From an uncultured bacterium (GTDB taxonomy: Bacteria > Patescibacteriota > Minisyncoccia > Phycocordibacterales > GWA1-40-21), in NCBI GenBank assembly GCA_963840885.1, contig CAWJAN010000006.1, forward strand, positions 46,601 through 110,600: a DNA stretch of 64,000 bases, in the 5' to 3' direction. A program made the position numbers and the translations under genes. The notes beneath the pieces were generated by a model. It did no database searches and was not told the origin of the DNA. It was given only the letters and a program-made list of their open reading frames with translations. This document shows, piece after piece, positions 38,544 through 48,074 of this stretch; the first letter of the stretch is position 1; every line of letters begins with the position of its first letter.

Positions 38544-39809
38544 TTAAAATCGTTTTTTTAATTCCTCCCTGGAAACTTCCGCATCGCTCCATTTTTCCTT
38601 GTGGCCGTTTGCGCGCATTATGTAAGGATCAGTTCCCTTTCCGGTGATTATAACTATTTTCTCGCTGTCGGCATAGCTTATGGCTTTTGCGATGGCTTGC
38701 CTCCTGTCCAGGATTATTTCCTGCTTCTTGTTCTTGAAAAATCTCGCCATGTCTTCCAAAATTTCTTTCGGATCATCATCATAAGGATCTTCGTCAGTAA
38801 GTATCACGGTATCGCACATTTTTTCCGCCACCTCCGCCATGGCTTTTCTTTTCCATTTGTCGCGTCCGCCTCCGCAGCTTCCAAGAACCCCGATTATTTT
38901 TTTGCCAGGGAAAGCTTCATAAATTGCGGTAAGAGATTCCGGAGTATGGGCATAATCCACTATCAGCTTGAAATTCTGATTTTCAGAAACTTTTATGCTT
39001 TCAGCCCTGCCTTTTATCTGCCTCAATTTTTCCACGGCTGATTTTATAATTTTCATATCTATCCCTTCGGATTCTGCATATTTTATGGCGCCTAAGATAT
39101 TGTAGATGTTGAATTTTCCGGAAAGCGGAGATTTTATTTCATTTCCTTTGTAAAAGAAGCTTATCTCATCATTGGCCAGGGAAATCTTTTCCGCATCCTT
39201 TATGGAAAAAGTTATTTTTTCGGCATTTTTAGTTTCAAAAAATCTCCATGCTTCCGCATCATCTGCATTCACCACGACAGCCTTGTTCTTTTTCGGCGAC
39301 TTCTCTAGACCTTTAGCGATAGAAACTTTTGCCGCAACGTATTTTTCATAGCTGCCGTGGGATTCTATATGCTCAGCGGCAAGATTTGTGAAAATAAGCG
39401 CATTCATATAGACGAATTTATTCCTATACTGCTTTGCGGCTTCCGAAGAAATTTCGATTATTGCGTATTCGCATTTCTGATTAACTGCCTGCCTTAAAAA
39501 CTTCTGTATGAAAAATCTTCCCGGCATCGTCATCTTGTGAAGATTCGGCTTTGAATTTTCTCCTATCTTGAAGCGCAAGGTTCCTGCAAGCGCAGTTTTC
39601 TTTCCGGCTTCTTCCAGAATCGCATTTACGAGCTCCACTGTGGAAGTCTTTCCTTTCGTGCCGGTTACCGCAACCACTTTTATCTTCCTTGAAGGAAATC
39701 TGTATATCAAGACCCCTATAAGCGCAAGCTTGTAATGGTAAATCGGCTGAGCAAGATTAAAAATCTTTTTCGGTATAAATTTTTTTGCTGTGCGTAAAAT
39801 CTTATCCAT
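38544..39809 (-). CDS. murE: MurE-like Mur ligase
   Basis: TGTKGKT, VDYAHTP, GGGRDKWKR and TGKG motifs. Confidence 0.8.
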   Translation of the reverse strand: MDKILRTAKKFIPKKIFNLAQPIYHYKLALIGVLIYRFPSRKIKVVAVTGTKGKTSTVELVNAILEEAGKKTALAGTLRFKIGENSKPNLHKMTMPGRFFIQKFLRQAVNQKCEYAIIEISSEAAKQYRNKFVYMNALIFTNLAAEHIESHGSYEKYVAAKVSIAKGLEKSPKKNKAVVVNADDAEAWRFFETKNAEKITFSIKDAEKISLANDEISFFYKGNEIKSPLSGKFNIYNILGAIKYAESEGIDMKIIKSAVEKLRQIKGRAESIKVSENQNFKLIVDYAHTPESLTAIYEAFPGKKIIGVLGSCGGGRDKWKRKAMAEVAEKMCDTVILTDEDPYDDDPKEILEDMARFFKNKKQEIILDRRQAIAKAISYADSEKIVIITGKGTDPYIMRANGHKEKWSDAEVSREELKKRF

Positions 39810-40305
39810 TTCTTTTGAAAATAATATATGCGCTTATTCCGAATGACACGCTGACATTGAGCGATTCCTTCTTTCCGAGCATAGGTATTTCGGCAATAAT
39901 ATCACAAAGTCCGAGTATTTCCTCGCTTATTCCTCCGACCTCGTTGCCAAGTACCAGAGCGGTATTTTTTTCCATTTTTATATTTTCAATATCAACTGAT
40001 TTTTTGTCCTGCTCAACAGCGATTATCCTAAAGCCGTTTTTTTTCAGTTTTTTCAAAGCTTCCGCCGTATCCTTGCAATATTCCCATTCTACATAATCCT
40101 CCGCCCCGAGAGCCACTTTCGCTAAATCTTTTCTTTTTCTTCCGAATCTGTCTGTGGGAGCCGGAGTCGTTCCGCAAAGATAAAGTTTGCCGACGCCAAG
40201 CGCGTCAGCGGTCCTGAAGATTGAGCCGACATTATATACGCTCCTTATATTGTCGAGCACCACGGCTTTTTCGTATTCCTGATTCATTTGTCCAGATATT
40301 ATCAA
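39802..40305 (-). CDS. SpoU/TrmH-family RNA methyltransferase
   Basis: NVGSIFRTADA, GNEVGG and IPMLGKKESLNV motifs. Confidence 0.92.
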   Translation of the reverse strand: MIISGQMNQEYEKAVVLDNIRSVYNVGSIFRTADALGVGKLYLCGTTPAPTDRFGRKRKDLAKVALGAEDYVEWEYCKDTAEALKKLKKNGFRIIAVEQDKKSVDIENIKMEKNTALVLGNEVGGISEEILGLCDIIAEIPMLGKKESLNVSVSFGISAYIIFKRNG

Positions 40306-40329
40306 AAAGCCCGAAAATTAAAAGTTGCG

Positions 40330-40357
40330 TTGACATAAGCGCTTAAAATACTATACT
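40330..40357 (+). promoter_or_regulatory. Sigma70-type promoter for the acyl carrier protein gene
   Basis: TTGACA-16 nt-TATACT, with SD GGAGGT at 40382. Confidence 0.6.
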
Positions 40358-40392
40358 TCGGCTAAGAGTTCTATAAAAAACGGAGGTATTAA

Positions 40393-40641
40393 ATGCCAGA
40401 AACACTGGGTGTTGAAGACAGGATAAAAAAAGTGGTCGCCAAGCATTTCGGCGTGGAAACAGCCGAATTGAATCACGATACCACTTTCGTGAACGATCTC
40501 GGGGCGGATTCTCTCGATATTGGGGAGCTCGAGATGGCTCTCGACGATGAGTTTCCCGGAATCGAAACCGAAGTTAGAATCGAGGAGGTTAAAAACGTCG
40601 GCCAGCTGGTTGATTACATGATCAAGCTCAACCCCGCATGA
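40393..40641 (+). CDS. acpP: Acyl carrier protein
   Basis: FVNDLGADSLD phosphopantetheine motif; acidic, 82 aa. Confidence 0.85.
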   Translation: MPETLGVEDRIKKVVAKHFGVETAELNHDTTFVNDLGADSLDIGELEMALDDEFPGIETEVRIEEVKNVGQLVDYMIKLNPA

Positions 40642-40729
40642 TTTCGTGCCGATTGAAACCCCTGCCTATACAGCAGGGGTTTAAAATTGGAAACTTTTAT
40701 CTTTTAGCTTTATGTCATATAATACTGGC

Positions 40730-41137
40730 ATGATATTAAATACATTCCCGGATTTGCTGACATTTTCAATATTGTCCCCGCTCATACTGAGAGTCGCTCT
40801 CGGACTTATAGCGGTAAATCTCGGCAGGCTGAAGCTTGCATCGGAGAAAACGGCGTGGCGGGAACTTTTCGAAACGATACATTTCCAGCCAGCCGAATAT
40901 TATGTAAAGGGAATGGCTTTCGTAGAGATAATCGGCGGACTTTTTATACTTGTCGGAGCATACACACAGATAGCGGCTATAGTATTTTCAGTAGTTTTCT
41001 TCTGCGAGATGGTTCTTGAATTCAGGGAAGAAGCTCTTGAAAAGAGGAATCTTTCCTTTTACATGCTGATGTTCGCCATTTCACTCTCTCTTGTCTTTTT
41101 AGGCGCCGGGGCATTCGCTTTCGACAGCATGCTATAA
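40730..41137 (+). CDS. DoxX-family membrane protein
   Basis: ILRVALG, EIIGGLFILVGAYTQIAA and GAGAFAFD; likely leaderless start at 40730. Confidence 0.8.
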   Translation: MILNTFPDLLTFSILSPLILRVALGLIAVNLGRLKLASEKTAWRELFETIHFQPAEYYVKGMAFVEIIGGLFILVGAYTQIAAIVFSVVFFCEMVLEFREEALEKRNLSFYMLMFAISLSLVFLGAGAFAFDSML

Positions 41138-41385
41138 AAAAAGCGGACGGGAGCTGACCCCATTCCGCTTTGGATTTTTCAGGAGATTATTGGCCTTCGG
41201 AACGCAATCACAGTTAACGGCATCGTACCCTCAAGCAGCAATCAGCGTCCAAAGATTAAATTTTTTTACGGCGTTTTTCCAGCCTTACCTCCTTCATATG
41301 AACTAATGGATAAATTTATCAGAATATTTTTTAAATGCAATAAAAGCGGCGGGCCGAAGGCCCGCCGCTTTTATCTTATTGAAAT

Positions 41386-41598
41386 TTATTTAAGCATGCA
41401 GTGAGAGCAGCATTTGCACATTTTCATAAAGCCGAGAACGATTACTATTATCGGCCAAACGATATTTACAGTGTATGCACTCAAGTAGCCAAATGTCCCT
41501 AGCAAAAAAACAAGGCCGAAAAGAACTATGAGCCAGGAAACCAGCTTGTGGTGTCCGCAGCCGCATACTTTTGCACCTCCATTATTTTGATCCATCAT
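41386..41598 (-). CDS. Small two-TM Cys-containing membrane protein
   Basis: CGCGHH + TM + WPIIVI + CKCC. Confidence 0.7.
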   Translation of the reverse strand: MMDQNNGGAKVCGCGHHKLVSWLIVLFGLVFLLGTFGYLSAYTVNIVWPIIVIVLGFMKMCKCCSHCMLK

Positions 41599-41721
41599 AA
41601 ATAGTTTATTTTTGATTAAGCTTAATCATTTGTTTCGACCATACATATTATACCAGTTTGCAAAACAAATAAAAAAACCGCATGTGTGCAAATGACCATG
41701 CGGTTTTTCAGCAAACCATCG

Positions 41722-41922
41722 CTATGTCTTTGTTTCGCATGCCGTCTCCTTCTTCGCCTTGATCAAATGGAAGACCAAAATTATCCCTTCTGCAGATTTC
41801 TGCAGGAAAACATTCCTGCATCGGTCGCAAAATAATTTTTCAATTCCCGGCGAATGAACATGGTACCGCGGCGGGATTTGAGGCGGAAGTTTGACCAATC
41901 GTTCAAACTTCATGCTAAGCAT
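41722..41922 (-). CDS. Small hypothetical protein
   Basis: Strong SD AAAGGAGGT upstream; CDRC motif. Confidence 0.5.
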   Translation of the reverse strand: MLSMKFERLVKLPPQIPPRYHVHSPGIEKLFCDRCRNVFLQKSAEGIILVFHLIKAKKETACETKT

Positions 41923-42069
41923 ATCGGTTTACCTCCTTTCTCTATTTAAAGAAAATTCACATCTTGTACTCCTGCATACAGTATACCCCAACCAAATGTT
42001 TTTAAAAAATAGCCCGGGGTTTAAACCCCGGGCTTGATCATTATCCTTTCTCTATATTTAAGCTTCCTT

Positions 42070-42270
42070 TCAAGAAGCTTCCCTTTGCTCGCGCACGGCA
42101 GCGCTGTAGGCTTTCGGAGTAACCTCCTTCCAATCCTTCCCATCATAAATTCGTTTCGATTCGTTCGCCTTTTGACTCCTTTGAATTTGATCGAATGCGA
42201 TATTATGTTTGGGAGGAACAATATAACCACCCACTTTGCTTCCCTTCAACCTATCACTATTTTGAGACAT
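42070..42270 (-). CDS. Small hypothetical protein
   Basis: 66-aa ORF with AAAGGGT upstream and a terminator hairpin at about 42011-42035. Confidence 0.45.
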   Translation of the reverse strand: MSQNSDRLKGSKVGGYIVPPKHNIAFDQIQRSQKANESKRIYDGKDWKEVTPKAYSAAVREQREAS

Positions 42271-42361
42271 GCGACCCTTTCTTACATCTCAAAATTAACT
42301 TCCTTGTAAATTTTACCGCCGGCAAATATGGGTGTCAATGAAAATACTGTGGAGAAAACCA

Positions 42362-43570
42362 TTAATTTTCTTTTTCGTCGTAAATTGCGTTCAATAAGCT
42401 GAATGTTTTTTGGCCAAAAGTATTTTCTCCGGTAATGCCGTATTTTTTCTGAAAAGCTTTTACCGAAAGATTCGTGCATGTTCCTATGGCTCCGCTGTGA
42501 GGGCATTCGTTTCTCGTCATGCCGGCTGGCGGATAATCCCCGTCCATTATAAGCGCGGTCTGCATGGCATAAATATCTTCAGCATTCGAGCTTGCACTCG
42601 TCACCGGCTCGGTCCAATCATATATATTCTTGCTCGGCTCATATGAAGAAGTGGCCGTAACATTGTCATTTCCGGTGTAGTAGTCTTGCAAACCAAGATA
42701 TGTCTGGTATGCAAGATCTTTGAGAGCGATGCTGCGCGTCAGCGGATTTACGAATTGCGGTTCATATATGTAATCGTATTCTATAAGTATAGCTGCCGGC
42801 TTTGCGGTATTATAAGCGCCGATTCCGATAAGCTGAGGATCGGCAACGAGGCCTGGCTCTTGCACAGGAAGATCGCTTGTCGGATTATACAGACTCAATC
42901 TTTTAAAAACCGCTTCGGCAACAGGTTTTGTGGTGGAACCGTTATCGTAAATATCAGGCGGCATATATTCCACAAAACCGGTGTATTTGCCGACAGCATT
43001 GTATGAATTGCCGCGATAATTATTTACGCAGATATTTATCATGAAGTTTATATCGTTTTCATTCGCCCACTTGGTGGCTCCGTAGATTCTTATGGCATCG
43101 TCTGTCGGCGCTGTATTATGGACTTCGCCGTCGTTGAAAATAGCAGCAATCGCGGGATTTTGAAGAGAGGATTGTTTTGACGCTTGTTCCCAACTTACAA
43201 TATCGTTCCAGTTATTCTGAAAATATTCGGTGAAAGTAGGACTCCATGATTTCGTGTCTCTGGTCGTTGTAGCATTATAGTTTCCGTCAGCTTGCAGAAA
43301 AGCCTGCAGATCCTGGCCGATTTCCACGGCCAAATCGCGCTCATATATTTCGCCGGACGGTGTTGCCATTTCAGTTCCTCCTTCGTCCGGTTCATGCGCG
43401 GGCACGATAAGGACATTTATTTTTTTTGAACTGCTTGCCGATGTATCTGAGGCTGGAACATTCGCCGTCATTGTCGGCGCGAACTTGAAAATATAATGAT
43501 TAGCGGCATATAAAACGCCTGCTATCGCAACGATTCCCAAAAATAATTTAAAAATCAGTTCTTTTTTCAT
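42362..43570 (-). CDS. N-acetylmuramoyl-L-alanine amidase-like protein with a C-terminal PG-binding domain
   Basis: VLIVPAH..GG...ERDL...TTR...AAILIEY; AMQTAL...VKAFQKKYGI. Confidence 0.8.
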   Translation of the reverse strand: MKKELIFKLFLGIVAIAGVLYAANHYIFKFAPTMTANVPASDTSASSSKKINVLIVPAHEPDEGGTEMATPSGEIYERDLAVEIGQDLQAFLQADGNYNATTTRDTKSWSPTFTEYFQNNWNDIVSWEQASKQSSLQNPAIAAIFNDGEVHNTAPTDDAIRIYGATKWANENDINFMINICVNNYRGNSYNAVGKYTGFVEYMPPDIYDNGSTTKPVAEAVFKRLSLYNPTSDLPVQEPGLVADPQLIGIGAYNTAKPAAILIEYDYIYEPQFVNPLTRSIALKDLAYQTYLGLQDYYTGNDNVTATSSYEPSKNIYDWTEPVTSASSNAEDIYAMQTALIMDGDYPPAGMTRNECPHSGAIGTCTNLSVKAFQKKYGITGENTFGQKTFSLLNAIYDEKEN

Positions 43571-43590
43571 TATTTAAATTCTTTTTACTG

Positions 43591-43663
43591 TGCGCCCAGT
43601 AGGAATCGAACCTACGACCGTCTCCTTAAAAGGGAGCTGCTCTACCGACTGAGCTATGGGCGC
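43591..43663 (-). tRNA. tRNA-Lys(TTT)
   Basis: GCGCCCA/TGGGCGC acceptor stem, anticodon loop CT-TTT-AA. Confidence 0.93.
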
Positions 43664-43668
43664 GTTAG

Positions 43669-43810
43669 CTTTTAGCAATCAAACTGCTTTGATTGCTCAA
43701 AGACTTACGCGAGCCGGAGCTATGCTTTCTCAGCAAAGAAAGTAAGCGGGGGCAGGGTCGTGGAAGTTTTCTTGCGGCGGCAAGAAAACTATTCCTAACC
43801 ATGATTGCGT
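43669..43810. repeat. Y-shaped structured element related to the tRNA-Val element
   Basis: GCCGGAGC...GCGGGGGCAGGGTCGTGGAA-hairpin-TTCCTAACC, compared with GCCGGAGC...GCGAGGCGGGGTCGCGAG-hairpin-CTCGTGACC at 19723-19784. Confidence 0.7.
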
Positions 43811-43896
43811 CGAAAAAATATAACAATTTTTTAGTCAAAAGTCCAATTTGGCAATGAAAAAACCGCTCTTCATTTCTGAAGAGCGGCGAATATTTC

Positions 43897-44328
43897 TTAC
43901 TCATTGAAGCAATCAGAAGCGCCGAAGCCGTCTCGTATCGCTTGTCCGATTTCTGTCCAATCAGTTTCCGGCCCGGCAGTTATGAGCTCGTGCCCGACCA
44001 TTTCCCTCACCGCTTTAACGGGAGAGATCTTGGCGACAAGATTCATCACATGCCGATACTTTATATAATTAAGATGCGCTTTGACCTGACGCATCATGAC
44101 AAGCACATGACCGGGCTTTGAAATATCGTATACTCCGATAGGCCCGATCCACGGATTATCTGTATACAGAAGCTGATGATGATCATGTTCGCCGACTGAA
44201 AACCTCCATGACGGGTCATTTTTGAAAAACCAGTCCTTCTTGCCGGGAAAAAATTGTATTTCCTTGGGCTGTTCTTCGGTAATGATGACATCGTTTTCCG
44301 TACGCACTACGTATGCAAGCTTTGCCAT
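43897..44328 (-). CDS. Hypothetical protein
   Basis: 143-aa ORF with SD AAGGAGG upstream and a terminator hairpin downstream. Confidence 0.6.
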   Translation of the reverse strand: MAKLAYVVRTENDVIITEEQPKEIQFFPGKKDWFFKNDPSWRFSVGEHDHHQLLYTDNPWIGPIGVYDISKPGHVLVMMRQVKAHLNYIKYRHVMNLVAKISPVKAVREMVGHELITAGPETDWTEIGQAIRDGFGASDCFNE

Positions 44329-44462
44329 TCAATCCTCCTTGATGTGCCTCTGAAAACGATATTAGCCGAGTAGATGAAAAAGTCAAACTCTGAGTTAAAT
44401 AAAAAAGCCCTGCATTCATAAGAATACAGGGCTTAACTTTTTACAACTTCACACGCAATTAA

Positions 44463-44834
44463 TCATGGCGTAGTAGTCGGTGTTTCCGTCGGCGTTTCAG
44501 TCGGAGTCTCCGTTGGTGTTTCCGTAAATGTCTCCGTCGGAGTGACTGTAAACGTATCGGTAACTGTCGGCGTCTCTGTAACCGTATCCGTCGGTGTTTG
44601 CGTCGGCGTATTAGTAACAGTAGAAGTCGGTGTTTGCGTCAGTGTCGGCGTACTTGTCGGCAACGGCGTGTTCGTAATCGTCGGCGTCGGCGTTTTAGTC
44701 GGCGTGTTTGTCGGCGTATTCGTCGGCGGCGGATATGTCGGCTTTTCCGGGCTCGATTTGGACGAGCAGGAAACTTGCGCGAGCATTCCTGAAACGATTA
44801 TCATGCTGGCAAAAAACAGCGGCAAGATTTTCAT
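44463..44834 (-). CDS. Putative lipoprotein consisting mostly of Pro/Thr repeats
   Basis: Signal peptide with QVSC lipobox-like motif; (TPTN/TPTE)n repeats; SD AAAGGAGG. Confidence 0.7.
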   Translation of the reverse strand: MKILPLFFASMIIVSGMLAQVSCSSKSSPEKPTYPPPTNTPTNTPTKTPTPTITNTPLPTSTPTLTQTPTSTVTNTPTQTPTDTVTETPTVTDTFTVTPTETFTETPTETPTETPTETPTTTP

Positions 44835-44855
44835 ACGTTCCTCCTTTCAAAGAAT

Positions 44856-45491
44856 TTATGGGCGCATGGAAAGGCCGATAAGAGCCTCTCCTCTCCATGA
44901 GACTGCCGAGTCGCCAATATTCCAATGAACCCTGATATTCGGCGGATTAGCGTCGAACTCAATATTCCATGGTATCCGGTACTCAGCTGAAACGGCGAAT
45001 GTATCGTCAAAAGGAATATCGATGCCTGGACTCCACATAAAGCTCCACCTGCTCTTGCCGTTATCCAGATAATCTCCGGAAATATCGGTATAAGCGAGAG
45101 CGAGGTCTAAGCTAAAAATAATCCCTGACTCTCCAAGCGGCGAGCATAGCCTGAGCATTGCACCCGCTTGATAATTGATCTTCGCCAAAGGAACAGAACC
45201 CTCAGTCGTTTCTATCTCGATAGTGGGCGTGCCGAAATCGGCAAACAATCCCAGACCAAACCTTTTGTCCGGAAAATACAAGATGGAAACATCAGGGCCC
45301 GCGTCCCACTTGGAAGCTATCACCGTGCCTGGCCGTATAATCGGATATTCAATCTCGTTCCAAACGATTCCCTCGACGGAAATCTGGACCGGCTTGTCGG
45401 CATACGATTGCTTCGGTACGAATGAATCAGCACGCGTTTCTGCCGAGAGCAAAGAAACAAAAAGCGTTAAAAGCAAAACGAGCTTTTTCAT
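44856..45491 (-). CDS. Secreted protein resembling a small outer-membrane beta-barrel
   Basis: Signal peptide and amphipathic strands (SILYFPDKRFGLGLF, PGIDIPFDDTFAVSAEYR, ALIGLSMRP); SD AGGAGG. Confidence 0.6.
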   Translation of the reverse strand: MKKLVLLLTLFVSLLSAETRADSFVPKQSYADKPVQISVEGIVWNEIEYPIIRPGTVIASKWDAGPDVSILYFPDKRFGLGLFADFGTPTIEIETTEGSVPLAKINYQAGAMLRLCSPLGESGIIFSLDLALAYTDISGDYLDNGKSRWSFMWSPGIDIPFDDTFAVSAEYRIPWNIEFDANPPNIRVHWNIGDSAVSWRGEALIGLSMRP

Positions 45492-45670
45492 CTTATCCTC
45501 CTATTAGCAAACTTAGAACGTCCTTCTGCTTAAGATGTTAGGCGCAATAAAGCATTATGTCAATCAGAATTTCAGGATGAAATCTTTAAGCATTAAAATA
45601 TGGAAATATATTTTGAATATGCTATTGTGCCTATAGAAACAGCTGATTCCGATTTTACTTGGAGGAATAC

Positions 45671-45853
45671 ATGGGATTGCCAAAATCATTAGCTTCTCTT
45701 ATAAAAAATAAGGTCATTCATCTTGCCGTCACCGTCTATTCAAGTACAGGCTACAATGAATGCCGTATCAATAAGGGTTTTTGGACAACAGATATAAAAC
45801 TTGTGACATGCAAGAAATGCCTTGCTCGATGCAAAAGAAAACCCCGGCAATAG
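45671..45853 (+). CDS. Small Cys-rich hypothetical protein
   Basis: GGAGG SD before ATG at 45671; H...C...VTCKKC pattern. Confidence 0.5.
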   Translation: MGLPKSLASLIKNKVIHLAVTVYSSTGYNECRINKGFWTTDIKLVTCKKCLARCKRKPRQ

Positions 45854-45861
45854 TCGGGGTT

Positions 45862-46596
45862 TTATAATTCCAAAATGAGTTTCTCCAGACCTGCAAGAAA
45901 ATCGGCATTCCCCCGGTGCGCTTCGTGATACATGGATACGAGCTTCAAAGAAACTCTTTCGAGCTCGCCATCTTTAAAATTTTTCAGGTATCCCTTCGCT
46001 TTCTGATAAGGAAACGGGCTCATTCCGGCTTCTGCGGCGGATTTTGAAGATTTGGCCAGAAGCAGATTTTTCATTTCCCAAAAAAGCATGCTGTGTATCT
46101 CCTCTGCGGCCATGTCTTCCGCGAGCGCATCCTGGAACATCACCCACAAATTTTTCTTGTCTTTCCTGCCGAAAGCGTCGGCGAATTCGAAAAAGCTTAT
46201 TTTTCCTTCAGCTGCCGTCTTTCTTTCCTTAGATTTTTCCGGTTTTGAAAATTCCTCCGCTTTCTCGGCATATTTTTCTATTTTAGAAAGTGAAGCTTTG
46301 TCCATTTTTCCTTCCGCGAAAATAAAAATATTTTCGGAAGCGCCTATTTCCTTTACATACTTCATTATGATCTCCTTGTTTCCCTTGTTTTCAAAAGTCC
46401 TGTAAAAATAAATTATGAATTTGCTTAAAAAAAGCGCCTGGCCTTTGGAAAGCTCTTCCAGCTTGGCGCTGGAAATTTCTTCATCTCCTATTTTGACGAA
46501 TGCGGCATCCGGTTTTTTCGCCAAAAGAGAATCAGCAGTGGCTCTGGCCTTTTTCCTGGCCGATTCCGCATCGGTTCCGTAATAAAAATAAATCAT
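45862..46596 (-). CDS. holA: DNA polymerase III delta subunit-like protein (short)
   Basis: MIYFYYGTD, QALF, FEFADAF, MSPFPYQK and LEKLIL patterns. Confidence 0.7.
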   Translation of the reverse strand: MIYFYYGTDAESARKKARATADSLLAKKPDAAFVKIGDEEISSAKLEELSKGQALFLSKFIIYFYRTFENKGNKEIIMKYVKEIGASENIFIFAEGKMDKASLSKIEKYAEKAEEFSKPEKSKERKTAAEGKISFFEFADAFGRKDKKNLWVMFQDALAEDMAAEEIHSMLFWEMKNLLLAKSSKSAAEAGMSPFPYQKAKGYLKNFKDGELERVSLKLVSMYHEAHRGNADFLAGLEKLILEL

Positions 46597-46710
46597 TTGA
46601 TTTTAAGTATAGATTATGGGAGGAAAAATGAGTAATTGACTTTTTGATTATTTAATGATTTAATTGTAAACGGAGTTCATCTATCAAGATTCTAGGGTGG
46701 AGGTACTGAA

Positions 46711-47262
46711 ATGCTAACTTTCATGGGAATCCTTTTTTCAAGCCTGGTTCTGACGGCCATCTCGGCCTTCATTATTAAAGCTTCGGAAAGAGAAAAGCCG
46801 GCGAAGCTTCAGGCTGAAATGCCTGAAGAAGTAGTGATGCGTCCCGCTGAAAATACAGAGGAACATCTGCGGATGGAGGATATTATTTCTCCGGAAACGC
46901 ATATTCCCCTTTTTATAAAAGTAATAATTGGAGATGGATTCGTGTTCTATGAAGCTTTAGTTGCGCCTTTGGATGAAAATCTAGTAGACGCAATGATGGA
47001 AAACTTCTATAAGGAAACGGATGACATTTTTCCAAATTGGGGAGAAGAGCGGTATCCTGGCGTTTACTGCAAAGGATACGCGGCCATAGTCCTTGCGGAC
47101 AAAAGGCTCGCGCCAAAAGCCGCTATTCTGGATATCATAGGCCGATGTGAAGAGGTCTATGCGGAAAAAGTGGATATGGAGCTCGCCGAAAGGCAGATAG
47201 TTGAGGTAAACGGCTCGTATCTCGCCGTTATGAGATTCAGGCATATTTGCCCATGGCCGTGA
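46711..47262 (+). CDS. Membrane-anchored hypothetical protein
   Basis: N-terminal TM; SD GGAGGT. Confidence 0.6.
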   Translation: MLTFMGILFSSLVLTAISAFIIKASEREKPAKLQAEMPEEVVMRPAENTEEHLRMEDIISPETHIPLFIKVIIGDGFVFYEALVAPLDENLVDAMMENFYKETDDIFPNWGEERYPGVYCKGYAAIVLADKRLAPKAAILDIIGRCEEVYAEKVDMELAERQIVEVNGSYLAVMRFRHICPWP

Positions 47263-47313
47263 AGTTTGCGGCCAACAAAAATGCAAACGCGCATCCTAAA
47301 AAAGTGCGCGTTT

Positions 47314-48012
47314 TTATTTGAGCAAAAATAGTGCCGCTGCCGCTATGGCTGCCGTTTCGGCGCGCAGCACCTGCAGGCCGAGAGAAAATGATTTTATATT
47401 CTTATGCTCGAAAAAATCTCGCTCGTTTTCCGTCCATCCTCCCTCAGGGCCGATTAGAATTCCGATTTTACTTCCCTTCTTAAGTTTCAGTGATTTTATT
47501 TCTTTTCCATCAAAATCAAGCGCAAAAATCTGCCCGCCAAAGTTCTCAGCTGCCGATTCTAAACTTGCCGGCCCGTATATTTCCGGAATGAATGCTCTTC
47601 CGGATTGTTCAGCAGCCTCAATGGAGATTTTTTTAATCCTTTCAATATTTAAATCTTTCTTCTCGCTTCTTTCGGCAAGAATAGGATGAAACGCCGAAGC
47701 TCCTATCTCAGTGCATTTCTCCACAACTGTTTCGAAATTGTCTTTTTTAAGTATTGATTGGAATATGTGAAGCTCGTATGCCGGCTTATTTTTTATTTTT
47801 CTTTCTTTATCGATCACGAGAATAGCTTCGCCTCTGTTCAAGACCTTGAAATATCCTTCGAAATCCGAACCATTGCCGTTGAAAAGTACAACCCTGTCGC
47901 TTCCAGCGAGCCTAAAAACTTTTACCCATTGATAAATGAGTCCCTCATTTTCTATTCTGGCTTCCGTTCCTTTTTTCAGTTCCTGTTCAATATAAAATCT
48001 GTGCAAGCGCAT
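47314..48012 (-). CDS. rsmE: 16S rRNA m3U1498 methyltransferase RsmE
   Basis: EKCTEIG, EAAEQSGR, IGPEGGW and LRAETA motifs. Confidence 0.95.
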   Translation of the reverse strand: MRLHRFYIEQELKKGTEARIENEGLIYQWVKVFRLAGSDRVVLFNGNGSDFEGYFKVLNRGEAILVIDKERKIKNKPAYELHIFQSILKKDNFETVVEKCTEIGASAFHPILAERSEKKDLNIERIKKISIEAAEQSGRAFIPEIYGPASLESAAENFGGQIFALDFDGKEIKSLKLKKGSKIGILIGPEGGWTENERDFFEHKNIKSFSLGLQVLRAETAAIAAAALFLLK

Positions 48013-48074
48013 TGCGTTAGTATAAAGTAAACGGTTTTCTTGTCAAAAGGTTTGCATTGTTATATATTTCGAGT

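Noticed and set aside
41160-41300. SD AAGGAGGT on the minus strand suggesting a small gene
   Set aside because: No proper start follows and the frames close within about 15 codons; at most a decayed remnant.
43711-43760. GAGCCGGA..GGGGG resembles group II intron domain V
   Set aside because: The complementary 3' strand (..ACGTxCGGTTC) and domain VI are absent, and there is no reverse transcriptase in the window.
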